Shown piece after piece: positions 42,204 through 51,866 of a DNA stretch of 64,000 nt (position 1 is the first letter of the stretch; each line of letters opens with the position of its first letter). The notes beneath the pieces were generated by a model, which searched no databases, was not told the origin of the DNA, and saw nothing but the letters and a program-made list of their open reading frames with translations. A program made the position numbers and the translations under genes. Source of the DNA: a bacterium (GTDB taxonomy: Bacteria; Patescibacteriota; Minisyncoccia; 2-01-FULL-47-10; JBBIMT01); assembly GCA_037443185.1 (NCBI GenBank), contig JBBIOV010000003.1, forward strand, positions 5,458-69,457. The letters are read 5' to 3'.

Positions 42204-43466
42204 TTAATAATTTATATTAATCACCGATGATTCTATGGATCCGTCTTTCATTGTTAAATTTAAAAGCTGATCCTTTTTTACATCTTTGACGCTTTTTAAT
42301 ATTTTATTGGTTTTCTTATCTTTGACAATAGCATAGCCTCTGTTTAAAATTTTTAAAGGATTAAAACTTTCAAGCAATCTTTCTTCATAATTTAAGTCAT
42401 CTTTTATTTTACTCATCATCGCCCCAAAAACTTTATTGAAATATTCAACATCTTTTTTAAAATCTATTTTTAATTTTAAAAAGAATTCATTAAAGTTTAA
42501 AAAACGCGTCGATAACAAATTAGATATTCCTTCCAGCGCTGTTTTTTTGTCTTTAACGAAATGAGTGCTTTGGAGAAAAAATTTCTCTATTAAAAAATTT
42601 TTCTCTTTTATTATTTCTTCGAAATAATTTTGAATTTTGTTTTCAATATTTTGGATTTCAAATTCTATTTCTTCGCGTGAACGCACCAAAATCTCAGCAG
42701 CATTAGATGGAGTAGAAGCGCGCACATCAGCGGTATAATCGGCTAAAGTTTCATCTCTTTCATGACCAACGCCTACTAAAACTGGCACTCGCGAACCAAA
42801 AATCGCAAAAGCCACCTCTTCTGAATTAAAAGCTTGTAAATCTTCTAAAGATCCTCCGCCACGAATAAGCACCACAACATCTAAATTTAAATTTGAAGCA
42901 TTTTCGTTGAAATATTGAAAAGCGCCAACAATTTCGTCAATAGCTTCAATGCCCTGAACATGTACATGAGCTAAATATATTTTAAGTCCTCCTTGACGAT
43001 GGCGCAGGACTTTAATGAAATCTGAATAAGCCGCTGATTCTTTAGAGGTAATTAAACCAATATTTTCTGGAAATTCTGGAAGTGGCCTTTTTCTCTCTTT
43101 GGCAAATAATCCATGTGCTTGCAATTTTGCTTTGGTTAATTCAAAGGCTCTTTTAAGCGCCCCTTCCCCAGATGGTTCAATCTTATAAACCCTTATTCTG
43201 AAGCGACCTGATCTTTTATGAACTCCTGGAACGCCATAAATTACAACCTTCATTCCTACTTCAACTGCTACTTTCATCTCAAAAACAGGCATGAAACATT
43301 CCACAACAGCTTCTTGATCTTTCAGTGAAAAAAAAGCCCATTTTGAATGGCTTATATTAAACTGTGAAATTTCTCCTTCAATAAATGCGTCGATTTGAGA
43401 TAGCGACGCATTTGCCAGTTCTATAAATTCAGAAACTGATAGCGGTTTTTGACTGTTAAAATCCAC
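42204..43466 (-). CDS. xseA: Exodeoxyribonuclease VII large subunit
   Basis: EGEIS, IRGGGSLEDL, GVGHERD, STPSNAAE and ILNRGYA motifs. Confidence 0.96.
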   Translation of the reverse strand: MDFNSQKPLSVSEFIELANASLSQIDAFIEGEISQFNISHSKWAFFSLKDQEAVVECFMPVFEMKVAVEVGMKVVIYGVPGVHKRSGRFRIRVYKIEPSGEGALKRAFELTKAKLQAHGLFAKERKRPLPEFPENIGLITSKESAAYSDFIKVLRHRQGGLKIYLAHVHVQGIEAIDEIVGAFQYFNENASNLNLDVVVLIRGGGSLEDLQAFNSEEVAFAIFGSRVPVLVGVGHERDETLADYTADVRASTPSNAAEILVRSREEIEFEIQNIENKIQNYFEEIIKEKNFLIEKFFLQSTHFVKDKKTALEGISNLLSTRFLNFNEFFLKLKIDFKKDVEYFNKVFGAMMSKIKDDLNYEERLLESFNPLKILNRGYAIVKDKKTNKILKSVKDVKKDQLLNLTMKDGSIESSVININY

Positions 43467-43584
43467 GATTGATTATAATGAGTTATTATTTGCAGAGGTA
43501 GTAGCGATTTTTTTAATATTTTAATATGAGTAATAAAAATTTTTCATTGAAAAAATTATTTAAATTAATTTTTGCATAAAACAA

Positions 43585-43779
43585 TTATATACCTCTTCTA
43601 CCAAAAGGCACACCGCGTTTTTTGCCACCGCCAAAAAATTGCCTTTTTAGTTGTCTTTTTAAAAACTCTTTTCCTTTATCTTTCTTTTTCCAAAAAGGAA
43701 TATTACTCTGAGCGTCTTGATCAGTTTTTGTTTTAACTGTTTCATCTTGATTTTTGTTTTCTTTTTTCTCTTTTACCAT
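43585..43779 (-). CDS. Small basic hypothetical protein
   Basis: 64-aa Lys/Arg/Gly-rich ORF with an ATG start in an otherwise empty interval. Confidence 0.5.
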   Translation of the reverse strand: MVKEKKENKNQDETVKTKTDQDAQSNIPFWKKKDKGKEFLKRQLKRQFFGGGKKRGVPFGRRGI

Positions 43780-43923
43780 ATTCTCTTATCTGGGGGGGTA
43801 GATATCCCGTTTTTTAATTGTGCGATAAACAACTTGAAAAGGCAATTTTAGTAAATGCCAAAATGTATACCAAATATCAAGAAAATTTTCTATAAATTTA
43901 ATCATATTTTTAAATTCCTACTT

Positions 43924-43975
43924 TCAAGGTTTGACTTTGTGCCTTCGACTTTGTACCTTCAAGGTCCGACCTTGA
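43924..43975. repeat. REP-like palindrome cluster
   Basis: Perfect palindrome TCAAGGTC-C-GACCTTGA (43959-43975), a degenerate copy at 43924-43939, and a 14-bp tandem GACTTTGT(G/A)CCTTC. Confidence 0.6.
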
Positions 43976-44017
43976 TTCTTGATTAAAGAATATATTTTCA
44001 TTTTAATATATTTTTTT

Positions 44018-44127
44018 AAAAAAAGAAGGGGGTAAGAGTTTAAAAGTTCTCTTACCCCCAAAGCCCTATGCGACAAGGGGAGATATATGGGAAGAAACGA
44101 GTGGAGTTGAAATAGCGCATAGGGCTT
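44018..44127 (-). terminator. 3' UTR stem-loop plus intrinsic terminator of the LysM-RlpA gene
   Basis: A 12-bp IR (AAGCCCTATGCG/CGCATAGGGCTT), then an 11-bp IR (GGGGGTAAGAG/CTCTTACCCCC) followed by TTCTTTTTTT on the minus strand. Confidence 0.75.
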
Positions 44128-44132
44128 ATTAC

Positions 44133-44648
44133 TCATCCTCCTATAGAAATGTTAGAAATTTTGAGCTTGGTAATGCCCTTATTGCGAAAACCCAAAATTT
44201 CAGCCGCTGCTTCCGAAAGATCGAAGTCTCTTCCGGAAACATATGGTCCTCGATCCTTGATAACAACCGAAATGCTGACACCTTCAGAGTTTGTTAGTTT
44301 TACGATTGTTCCAAGAGGTAAACATTTATGAGCCGCAATCATTGGATTAAATCGATTAAACGGCTCACCGTTTGCCATAGGTAGACCTTGAAAAGACGCA
44401 CCATACCAACTTGCAACAGCAATTCCTGTGGTATAAGGACGGATCTTCAAAATCTGACCTATGTAAATCAGATTAGGGTTTTTAATCTTGTTTAACGAAA
44501 CAATATCTTTTATTGAAGTTCCGAAACAGCGAGCAATTGACCAAAGCGTATCGCCCTTTTTGATTTTGTAACTTACGAGTCCATCTGACCCAAAGACCAA
44601 AAAACATAAAGAGAGACAGACAACGACAAAAAGAACTACAAATCTCAT
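44133..44648 (-). CDS. LysM + RlpA-like (DPBB) lytic transglycosylase
   Basis: Signal peptide, LysM YKIKKGDTLWSIA...NPNLIYIGQ, and RlpA ASWYG, AAHK.LPLGT, DRGPYV..R.FDLS. SD AGGAGGGAG. Confidence 0.92.
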   Translation of the reverse strand: MRFVVLFVVVCLSLCFLVFGSDGLVSYKIKKGDTLWSIARCFGTSIKDIVSLNKIKNPNLIYIGQILKIRPYTTGIAVASWYGASFQGLPMANGEPFNRFNPMIAAHKCLPLGTIVKLTNSEGVSISVVIKDRGPYVSGRDFDLSEAAAEILGFRNKGITKLKISNISIGG

Positions 44649-44796
44649 TGACTCCCTCCTTTTATTCGCTTACTTAAGCCAAAAATTTAAAGTACCAACC
44701 TCTTTATTTTTCTTTAATATAACATAAAATTATTTTTAAGTCAATAATCTTAAATTTGGCAAATGCCTTGAAATTGGTTTTTGCAAAATTAAGCTG

Positions 44797-45164
44797 TGGA
44801 CGCGGAGGGAATCGAACCCTCGTGAGAATAAAACTTCTACAAAGGTTTAGCAGGTTTAGTTGATTTTTAATCTCGCTTTAACAGTAAAAAATCAACAAAA
44901 TCTGCTAAAGCAAAGTCAAGTTTGACTTGACGACAGATCTAAGAATTTCGGAAAAAGACAAGATCAGTTTCTTTTTCCTATCCCCGTCCCTACTTTATTT
45001 TCTCTACGGAGACTTGAGAAAATAAAGCCTCGGTTCTTAAGCGAACGCGAAGGAAGGTGCAAAGGTGTTCACACTTTTTTTGCTAAATTTTTTTAACGAA
45101 GCCTTTAGCCGCTCCGACCTGCCCGATTGTAAAAGATCTATCCTTCAAATCCAAGAACGCGCCC
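44797..45164 (-). ncRNA. ssrA: tmRNA
   Basis: Acceptor GGGCGCG/CGCGTCC+A with a G3.U70 pair, T-arm GAGGGTTCGATTCCCTC, tag ORF 45072-45037 (VNTFAPSFAFA*), 368 nt, directly downstream of smpB. Confidence 0.93.
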
Positions 45165-45183
45165 GAGATATTTCTGATATTTC

Positions 45184-45633
45184 TTAAAAACTTTTTAACT
45201 TCTCTATTCTTCTTTTCATTTCTCTTTCTTTTATTTTTTCTCTTTTATCAATTTTCTTTAAATGTTTAGCGACAGCAAATTCAAGTTTGATTAGATTATT
45301 TTTATTATATAATTTAAGCGGAAGCAAAATCAATCCTTTTTCTTTTTGTTTTCCTTGTAAATAAGAAATTTCTTTTTTATTTAATAAAAGTTCTATTGGT
45401 CTATTGGGGCTCAGATCTTGAGGGGTATTTTTTGGTTGGTATAAACCAATCGAAGCTCCACGAAGAAAAGCTCTTTTATTTTCAACTTTTACTATCGCTC
45501 CTGGCAAAGATACCTTTCCAGTTTTTATTGCTTTTACTTCAACCCCAAAAAGCTTCAATCCAGCGTTGAATTTTTCTTTTATATCGTAATGAAAAGAAAC
45601 TCCTTTATTTTGGGCATATATTTTTCCATTCAT
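45184..45633 (-). CDS. smpB: SsrA-binding protein SmpB
   Basis: AGLKLFGVEVKAIK, LLLNKKEI and IDKREKIKERE motifs; adjacent to tmRNA. Confidence 0.93.
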   Translation of the reverse strand: MNGKIYAQNKGVSFHYDIKEKFNAGLKLFGVEVKAIKTGKVSLPGAIVKVENKRAFLRGASIGLYQPKNTPQDLSPNRPIELLLNKKEISYLQGKQKEKGLILLPLKLYNKNNLIKLEFAVAKHLKKIDKREKIKEREMKRRIEKLKSF

Positions 45634-45689
45634 TTCTTTTATTTTATCATAAATTCGATATTTTGACAATATTAGGTATAAAATTCTTT

Positions 45690-46862
45690 TTAATTCAGGA
45701 GTACATTTTGATAGATCTTTAAAGTTTCGTTTGCCATTTTTTTCCAGCTATATCTTTTTAATATCTCATTGCCTTTAATTAAAAGTTTTTTTTGAAGCTT
45801 TGAATCACTAAGCAGACGAAAAATTTTTTCTGACATATCTTCAATATCGTATGGATTAAAAAACAACGCTCCTTCTTGGAGTACCTCCGGCATTGGACCT
45901 ACTTTGGAGACAACAGAAGGCGTTCCTTGACTGAACGCTTCAAGGGGAGTTAATCCAAATCCTTCATAAAACGATGGCAAAATATATGCATCGGCTCCTC
46001 TATAAACAAGATTTAATTTTTTTCCAGTAATTAATCCAGTCAAAAAAACTTCTTTTTCTAATTTAAGTTTTTTGATTAAAATTTTCACTTCTGGGTAGTA
46101 TGGATCTTCTTCTCCGCAGATGACAAGATGATGAGGGATTTGTTTTTTAATTTTTAATAAATGGAAAGCCCTGATAAGGCCAGTAAGATTTTTATGACTT
46201 CTCCAAACGCCAACATACAATATGTAAGGAAAACTAAAATTTAAAAAAAATTTTTCCTTTAACTTTTCTTTTGCTTCTTTTTTCTTTTTTTCTATATTGT
46301 TTATAAAATAGTCTCTCTGTGATTTTGGGGGTTTATTTTTTATTCCTTCATATATGACAAAAATTTTTTCTGGATCAATGGAAAAATATTTTAAAATATC
46401 ATTTTTAGTAAATTGCGAAGGAGTGATAATGGCTTGGGAGCGCTGAACAACATGTTTTAAAACTGCTTTGTAAGCTATTTTTCTTAAAATATTTCCTCCC
46501 ATTTTATGACCGGGCCAAAACATTGGCGTTAAATCATGAATCGTTACAATAAATTTTTTCATATAAAGAATCGGCGCGTTAAAATGGGTGAAATGCATCA
46601 AATCTAACTTGGCATTATATAAGGGCAAAGGCAAAATAAACTGTTCTTTGAAAGAATACCAAGGCGCATCAACATAATGGATTTCGATATTTAAATTGGA
46701 GGATTTTATTTTATTAGCCGTTGCTTGAGCATTACGCAGAAAAAATAAATGGTAATTGTTACTATGCTTAAATTTTATTAAGTGTTTAATCAAATATTGA
46801 ATATAGGTTCCAATGCCTGTTTGGCGTGGCCCATATAATCGACAATCAATTCCGATACGCAT
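45690..46862 (-). CDS. Glycosyltransferase family 4
   Basis: MRIGIDCR, TIHDL and PSFYEGFGLTPLEA motifs. Confidence 0.92.
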   Translation of the reverse strand: MRIGIDCRLYGPRQTGIGTYIQYLIKHLIKFKHSNNYHLFFLRNAQATANKIKSSNLNIEIHYVDAPWYSFKEQFILPLPLYNAKLDLMHFTHFNAPILYMKKFIVTIHDLTPMFWPGHKMGGNILRKIAYKAVLKHVVQRSQAIITPSQFTKNDILKYFSIDPEKIFVIYEGIKNKPPKSQRDYFINNIEKKKKEAKEKLKEKFFLNFSFPYILYVGVWRSHKNLTGLIRAFHLLKIKKQIPHHLVICGEEDPYYPEVKILIKKLKLEKEVFLTGLITGKKLNLVYRGADAYILPSFYEGFGLTPLEAFSQGTPSVVSKVGPMPEVLQEGALFFNPYDIEDMSEKIFRLLSDSKLQKKLLIKGNEILKRYSWKKMANETLKIYQNVLLN

Positions 46863-47108
46863 AATATAAAATTTTCGGCTAAATTTCTTTAAATGTCAAT
46901 GAATTTAAAAATTAAATCTATAGTTGATGATATATTGAAATTAAAAGATAATTGTTGTGAGTACTAAATTTAATAAATATAAGTGCGCCATTGACATAAA
47001 AATAAAATAAAAAATCAACAAAGCTGATTGAAAATTGTCAAGCTGCGTTAAAAACTTAAGGCACATAAAAAAGTTAAAAGATAAAGTAAATGATACTTAA
47101 AATAAAAT

Positions 47109-48455
47109 TTATATAGCCCCTATTTTATTTTTTAAATATTTTTTAACAATTTCTTTTTCATTCCATAAGATAAATTTACCTTTTTCAAAAACCATTGTCG
47201 CTTCCGTTCCTTTACCCAAAAGTAAAACAATATCATTTTTTTTAGCTATTTCAATTGCTTTTTTTATCGCTAATTCTCTATCTAAAATTTCAAATATCCG
47301 ACATTCCTTAATTCTTGAATCATAATCATTAATTCCGGATTTTATTTCCAGTAAAATCTGTTGAGGGTCATCATCGTAAGGATCTTCATTAGTTAAAATA
47401 ATATAATCTGAATTTTGTCCAGCGATTTTTCCCATAACAGGACGTTTCCACTTGTCTCTGCTTCCGCCCGCTGCGCCAAAAAGTGTAATAATTTTTGCGT
47501 CAGGTGTTTTTAATTTTTTTACCGATTCGAAAACCGCTTTAAATGAATCTGGCGTGTGAGCTAAATCTATTATCACTTTAAAATCTTGTCCCTGGTTAAT
47601 GAATTCCATTCTGCCAGGGAGGTTTTTAATTTTTTCTAATGCTTTTTTAATAGTGTCAATTTTTATGCCAAAGGCTAAAGCGGCTGTTCCGGCTGCTGAA
47701 GCATTGGATGCATTAAATGCTCCAATAAGATTTAAATTTATTTCTTTAAAAGATTTTTTATAATTGAAAATAAATTTTGTCGTCTTTGCATCGCTATTGA
47801 TAATTTTATAATATACTTCATTAACACTACTATCGGATTGAATTTTGTGATTATTTTTAATTTTTTTAAAAACCCATTTTTGGACACAATCAAATGCTAA
47901 AAAATCTTTAGCGTTTTCATCATCGCCATTGACGATAATAATTCCGTTTTTTCGATTTTTAGAGACAGCTTCAAATAACTTCATTTTGGCTCGTTTATAA
48001 TTTTCAAAACCGCCATGGGCTTCAATATGTTCAGGTTGTAAGTTTGTTAATATTGCGGCTTTAAAATAAATTCCGAGATGACGATATTGTTTTATGCCTT
48101 CGCTTGTGACTTCTAAAATTGCAAATTGGACTTTATTTTTTAACATTTTTTTCAAAATCTTTTGGATAATAAAAGGACTTGCCATCGTCATATGAAAAGG
48201 ATTTGGCATTTCTTTTTTTCCGTCATAAAAACTCATAGATGAGGACCAGCCGACTTTAAAACCAGCTTCCTGGAAAATTTTCCCAAGCATATATACCGAA
48301 GTTGACTTGCCTTTTGTGCCGGTTATGCCAATCACTGTTAAATGTTTTGAAGGAAAACCATAAAAAAAAGTAGCTAAATAAGCTTTAAAAATATAGAAAA
48401 TATTGATAATCATCGGTGGCGTAAATTTTTTGACAATTTTTTTAATCAATCTCAT
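47109..48455 (-). CDS. murE: UDP-MurNAc-tripeptide synthetase
   Basis: GITGTKGKST, LEVTS, TNLQPEH, GRME, DLAHTPD, RDKWKRP and TNEDP motifs. Confidence 0.92.
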   Translation of the reverse strand: MRLIKKIVKKFTPPMIINIFYIFKAYLATFFYGFPSKHLTVIGITGTKGKSTSVYMLGKIFQEAGFKVGWSSSMSFYDGKKEMPNPFHMTMASPFIIQKILKKMLKNKVQFAILEVTSEGIKQYRHLGIYFKAAILTNLQPEHIEAHGGFENYKRAKMKLFEAVSKNRKNGIIIVNGDDENAKDFLAFDCVQKWVFKKIKNNHKIQSDSSVNEVYYKIINSDAKTTKFIFNYKKSFKEINLNLIGAFNASNASAAGTAALAFGIKIDTIKKALEKIKNLPGRMEFINQGQDFKVIIDLAHTPDSFKAVFESVKKLKTPDAKIITLFGAAGGSRDKWKRPVMGKIAGQNSDYIILTNEDPYDDDPQQILLEIKSGINDYDSRIKECRIFEILDRELAIKKAIEIAKKNDIVLLLGKGTEATMVFEKGKFILWNEKEIVKKYLKNKIGAI

Positions 48456-48600
48456 AAAAGAAAGCTTTCAGCTGTAAAATTTGAAAATTGTTATAATGTT
48501 TAGTTGTCATTTCTTCAGTGAGCCTAAATCTAAAGTAGTTTAAGAATTTAAATTTCAGCAAAAAATCAATCCGAAATTCTTCATTTATATTTTTTTAAAT

Positions 48601-49056
48601 TCATAGTCCTTTTATAACTATTTTTCTTTTATTGCCATTTGAGTGTTTTAAATTGATTTTAATGACATTTAAATTTTTAAAATTAAAATTGTCCATTTTA
48701 TCAGCCCATTCAATTAAAATAATTGATTTTTTTTCTTTTAAAATATCTTTAAATCCAAGTTTCAATAAGTCTTTTACATTATTGAGACGGTATAAATCAA
48801 AATGATACAAAGTGCAATATTTAGTCTGAAATTTTTGATAAATAATAAATGTTGGACTAATAATTTGTTCTTCTTTTATTTTCAATGATTTAACAAATCC
48901 TTTTATAAAAGTTGTTTTTCCAGATCCTAAATCGCCAAAAAATAATAATATTAATGGCCCTGTTTCTTTGTTTTTTGTAAAAAAATCGCGACAAAAGAAT
49001 CCAAGCTTTGCTCCAATTAGCTTTGTTTTATGCTCTGAAGTTGTTGTAATTTCCAT
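48601..49056 (-). CDS. tsaE: tRNA threonylcarbamoyladenosine biosynthesis ATPase
   Basis: GDLGSGKTT, SPTF, HFDLYRL and IEW motifs. Confidence 0.94.
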   Translation of the reverse strand: MEITTTSEHKTKLIGAKLGFFCRDFFTKNKETGPLILLFFGDLGSGKTTFIKGFVKSLKIKEEQIISPTFIIYQKFQTKYCTLYHFDLYRLNNVKDLLKLGFKDILKEKKSIILIEWADKMDNFNFKNLNVIKINLKHSNGNKRKIVIKGL

Positions 49057-49561
49057 TATGAAAAATTAAAATTATGAATCAAATTTTTATATTTAAAATA
49101 AAAAGCAAAAAAGATGGCAATGAAGCAAATAAAGTATATCAAATATCTTGACTTTTTAAAGTGCTTTATAGGCAACTTTTTAAATAATTGAAAACAAAAA
49201 ATAAGGGTTTGGCCTTTTTCTAAAATAATAAAAGACAAACTTTAATTTCGCTGATGATTGCTTCAAAATTAAAAGTACCTTAAAAATTTTACTTCATTAG
49301 CTTTTAATAATATTATTTCATCGATGCTAATAATTTAACTATTTTTGGCTAAATTTTTCAAAAGTTTTTTAAACATCTTTAAATTTATCTAATTTATTTA
49401 TATGCTCCTGCTTTAAGAATTACTAATGCTATATTGAATAAATGTTAAATACAAAATAAAAATGTCCTTTATCAAGATTGACTTAATAAATAAACTTTAT
49501 TAAACTTGAATGTTTCGATCTTTGATGTTTTATAAAAGTAAATTTTTTAAAATTAGCTGTT

Positions 49562-50677
49562 ATGATGGAAAATGCAATTAAACTAATTAAAGAGGCAAAA
49601 GAGATAGCTGTTTTTGGGGGGAAAAACTCCTTAGGAGATATATTTGGAGCTGTTTCAGTGCTGACCAATTTTTTAAAAAATATTCAGAAAAAATCTTACG
49701 GTGTTATTTTGCAAAATGATTTTCAAAAGCCCGATTTTTTGACTTTAAAAGAAGGAGTATTTTATTCTTTAGATAATGTGATACCTTATGTTATTTTGAT
49801 TGATAAAAATCAAATAGAAATTAGTGAAATAGCGTTTAATACTTCAGAAAATGAATATTTATTAGAGCTTTATTTACAAAAAGGATCTTTAACTTTAGAT
49901 TCGATTAAAATTTTTCAAAAAAAGTTTGCCCCGGACTTAATTATTACTGTTGGCGTTTCAGATAGGTCAGAGCTTATAGAATTTAAGCCGCAATTTTCAC
50001 AAGTTTTTTTTGATACCCCAATTATTAATATAGACAATAAAATAGAGAATACGCGCTATGGGCAGGTTAATTTAGTATATCTAACTAAAAGTACCAAGTG
50101 TGAAATAGTTTTTGAATTGTTGCGTCTTATTGATGAACTTTCAATGTCTCCAGCGCATTCGACAAATTTGCTCGGAGGTATAATGATGGAGACTAAAAAT
50201 TTCACATCTCCCAAAACTAATCCCTCTACTTTTGAAACTGCTGCTCGTTTGATTGAGCGTGGCGCGGATTATAAATTGATTATTGAAAAACTTTACCAAA
50301 CAAAATCATTTTCGGTCCTAAAGTTAACTGGTTTTTTGTTGTCAAAATTGACTATCTTAAAAGATTTGCCAATAAGCTATGCCACTATTTCTTTTTCGGA
50401 GTTGAATTTAAATGATTATTCATTGAAAGATTTGCCTTCTGCTATAGAAGAAATTGAAAATAATTTTTTACCAGGTTTTATAATTGCGGTTTTTTATGAA
50501 GGAGAAAATAAAATAATAAAAGTTTTAATTTACTGGACTGATAATACAAGAATAATGAAGATCTCCAAAATTTTCCAAAATAGTCTTTTAAAAAAGAATT
50601 TCCTTGTTTTTAATACTAAAGAAAATTTGAAGGAAAGCGCAGAAAAAGTCATCGCTCTTCTTAAAAAAGAATTATAA
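49562..50677 (+). CDS. DHH/NrnA-like phosphoesterase-fold protein with degenerate active site
   Basis: DHH layout (PIINIDNK..N.RYGQVN, ET.NF) with the catalytic D/H residues replaced. Confidence 0.7.
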   Translation: MMENAIKLIKEAKEIAVFGGKNSLGDIFGAVSVLTNFLKNIQKKSYGVILQNDFQKPDFLTLKEGVFYSLDNVIPYVILIDKNQIEISEIAFNTSENEYLLELYLQKGSLTLDSIKIFQKKFAPDLIITVGVSDRSELIEFKPQFSQVFFDTPIINIDNKIENTRYGQVNLVYLTKSTKCEIVFELLRLIDELSMSPAHSTNLLGGIMMETKNFTSPKTNPSTFETAARLIERGADYKLIIEKLYQTKSFSVLKLTGFLLSKLTILKDLPISYATISFSELNLNDYSLKDLPSAIEEIENNFLPGFIIAVFYEGENKIIKVLIYWTDNTRIMKISKIFQNSLLKKNFLVFNTKENLKESAEKVIALLKKEL

Positions 50678-50693
50678 TGGTAAAATATTCATC

Positions 50694-51770
50694 ATGAAGC
50701 AGTGGGATTTAATAAAGCCCCAAAAGAAAATTCTTCCAAAGAAAGAAGACAGCAGTTTTTTTAAAAAAATGTTGAAATTTTTAGTTGCGCTGTCTTTTAT
50801 TTTTTTATTATCGCTTTATTTAGATTATATTTTTGAAACTAAAACGGTTATAACTGTTACTGAAACAGGACGACGTGCATCTTTTAAAACATCTTTACCG
50901 GCAGCTCTTGTTGATTTTACTTTTGCTAAAGAAGAACCTTTAGAAGGCGAATTAAACGGCAGGATAAATTTTTTGTTGCTCGGAATACCAGGAGAAGGCA
51001 ATCCTGCGCCATATTTAACAGATACAATTATTGTTGCATCGTTTTTTCCTGAAACTAAAAAAATATATTTAGTTTCGTTACCTCGCGATTTTTTAGTGCG
51101 TTTTCCTGAAAATGAGAAGTTTTCTAGAATAAATAGGCTATATCTTTATGGACTTTTACAAGAGCCCGATCAGCCATTTAAAACAATCATTAATAAAGTT
51201 GAAGAAATTACTGGACAGAAAATAAACTATTATGTTTTGGTAGATTTAAATTTGTTAAAGAAAATAGTTGATGAGCTTGGCGGAGTGGAAGTCTTTGTAG
51301 AAAAAGATATTTTTGATCCTTATTTCCCTGGAGATAATTTTTCTTATGAAACTTTTTCTTTAAAACAAGGTTATCAAATTTTAGACGGCGAGACAGCGGC
51401 TAAATATGTTAGAAGTCGACATTCTCTTTATGGGGATTTTGATAGAATAAAAAGACAAAAAGAATTAATACAAGCTATTATTAGTAAGATTAGAAATCTT
51501 AACCCTATTTTTGATTTTAAAACTTATCTTAATCTATACAGTAGTTTTCGCTCCCATTTTTCAACGAATTTAACATATTCTGACATAAAAAGGTTTTATT
51601 CGCTCATAAAAGATTTAAGTGGTAAAAATATATTTGAGTATACAATTGGCATTTTTGAGCCGACAAAATTTTTAAAAGAATATTTAAATAACGGATATTA
51701 TTTAGTACCTGAAAAAGGAATGGAGGATTATAGCAAAATTCAAGCTTTTTTTGCTTCGTTTAATCCTTAA
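50694..51770 (+). CDS. LCP (LytR/CpsA/Psr) family protein
   Basis: NFLLLG, TDTII, SLPRD, GGVEV and YVRSRH...DFDRIKRQ motifs. Confidence 0.92.
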   Translation: MKQWDLIKPQKKILPKKEDSSFFKKMLKFLVALSFIFLLSLYLDYIFETKTVITVTETGRRASFKTSLPAALVDFTFAKEEPLEGELNGRINFLLLGIPGEGNPAPYLTDTIIVASFFPETKKIYLVSLPRDFLVRFPENEKFSRINRLYLYGLLQEPDQPFKTIINKVEEITGQKINYYVLVDLNLLKKIVDELGGVEVFVEKDIFDPYFPGDNFSYETFSLKQGYQILDGETAAKYVRSRHSLYGDFDRIKRQKELIQAIISKIRNLNPIFDFKTYLNLYSSFRSHFSTNLTYSDIKRFYSLIKDLSGKNIFEYTIGIFEPTKFLKEYLNNGYYLVPEKGMEDYSKIQAFFASFNP

Positions 51771-51866
51771 GTTTAACTACTTTTGCTGTTTAAGCATAAA
51801 TTACTGTATAACTGTCAAGATAAAAGCTTAGTAGATAAAAATTCGCTAATTTTTATAATGTTTTTT

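Noticed and set aside
43924-44136. 70-aa ORF downstream of the LysM-RlpA gene
   Set aside because: It runs through two stem-loops, a terminator and REP-like repeats, so it is more likely non-coding.
49056-49668. Short ORFs 49056-49238 and 49483-49668
   Set aside because: Low-complexity AT-rich frames with weak starts and no motifs. They are possibly a decayed gene but cannot be supported.
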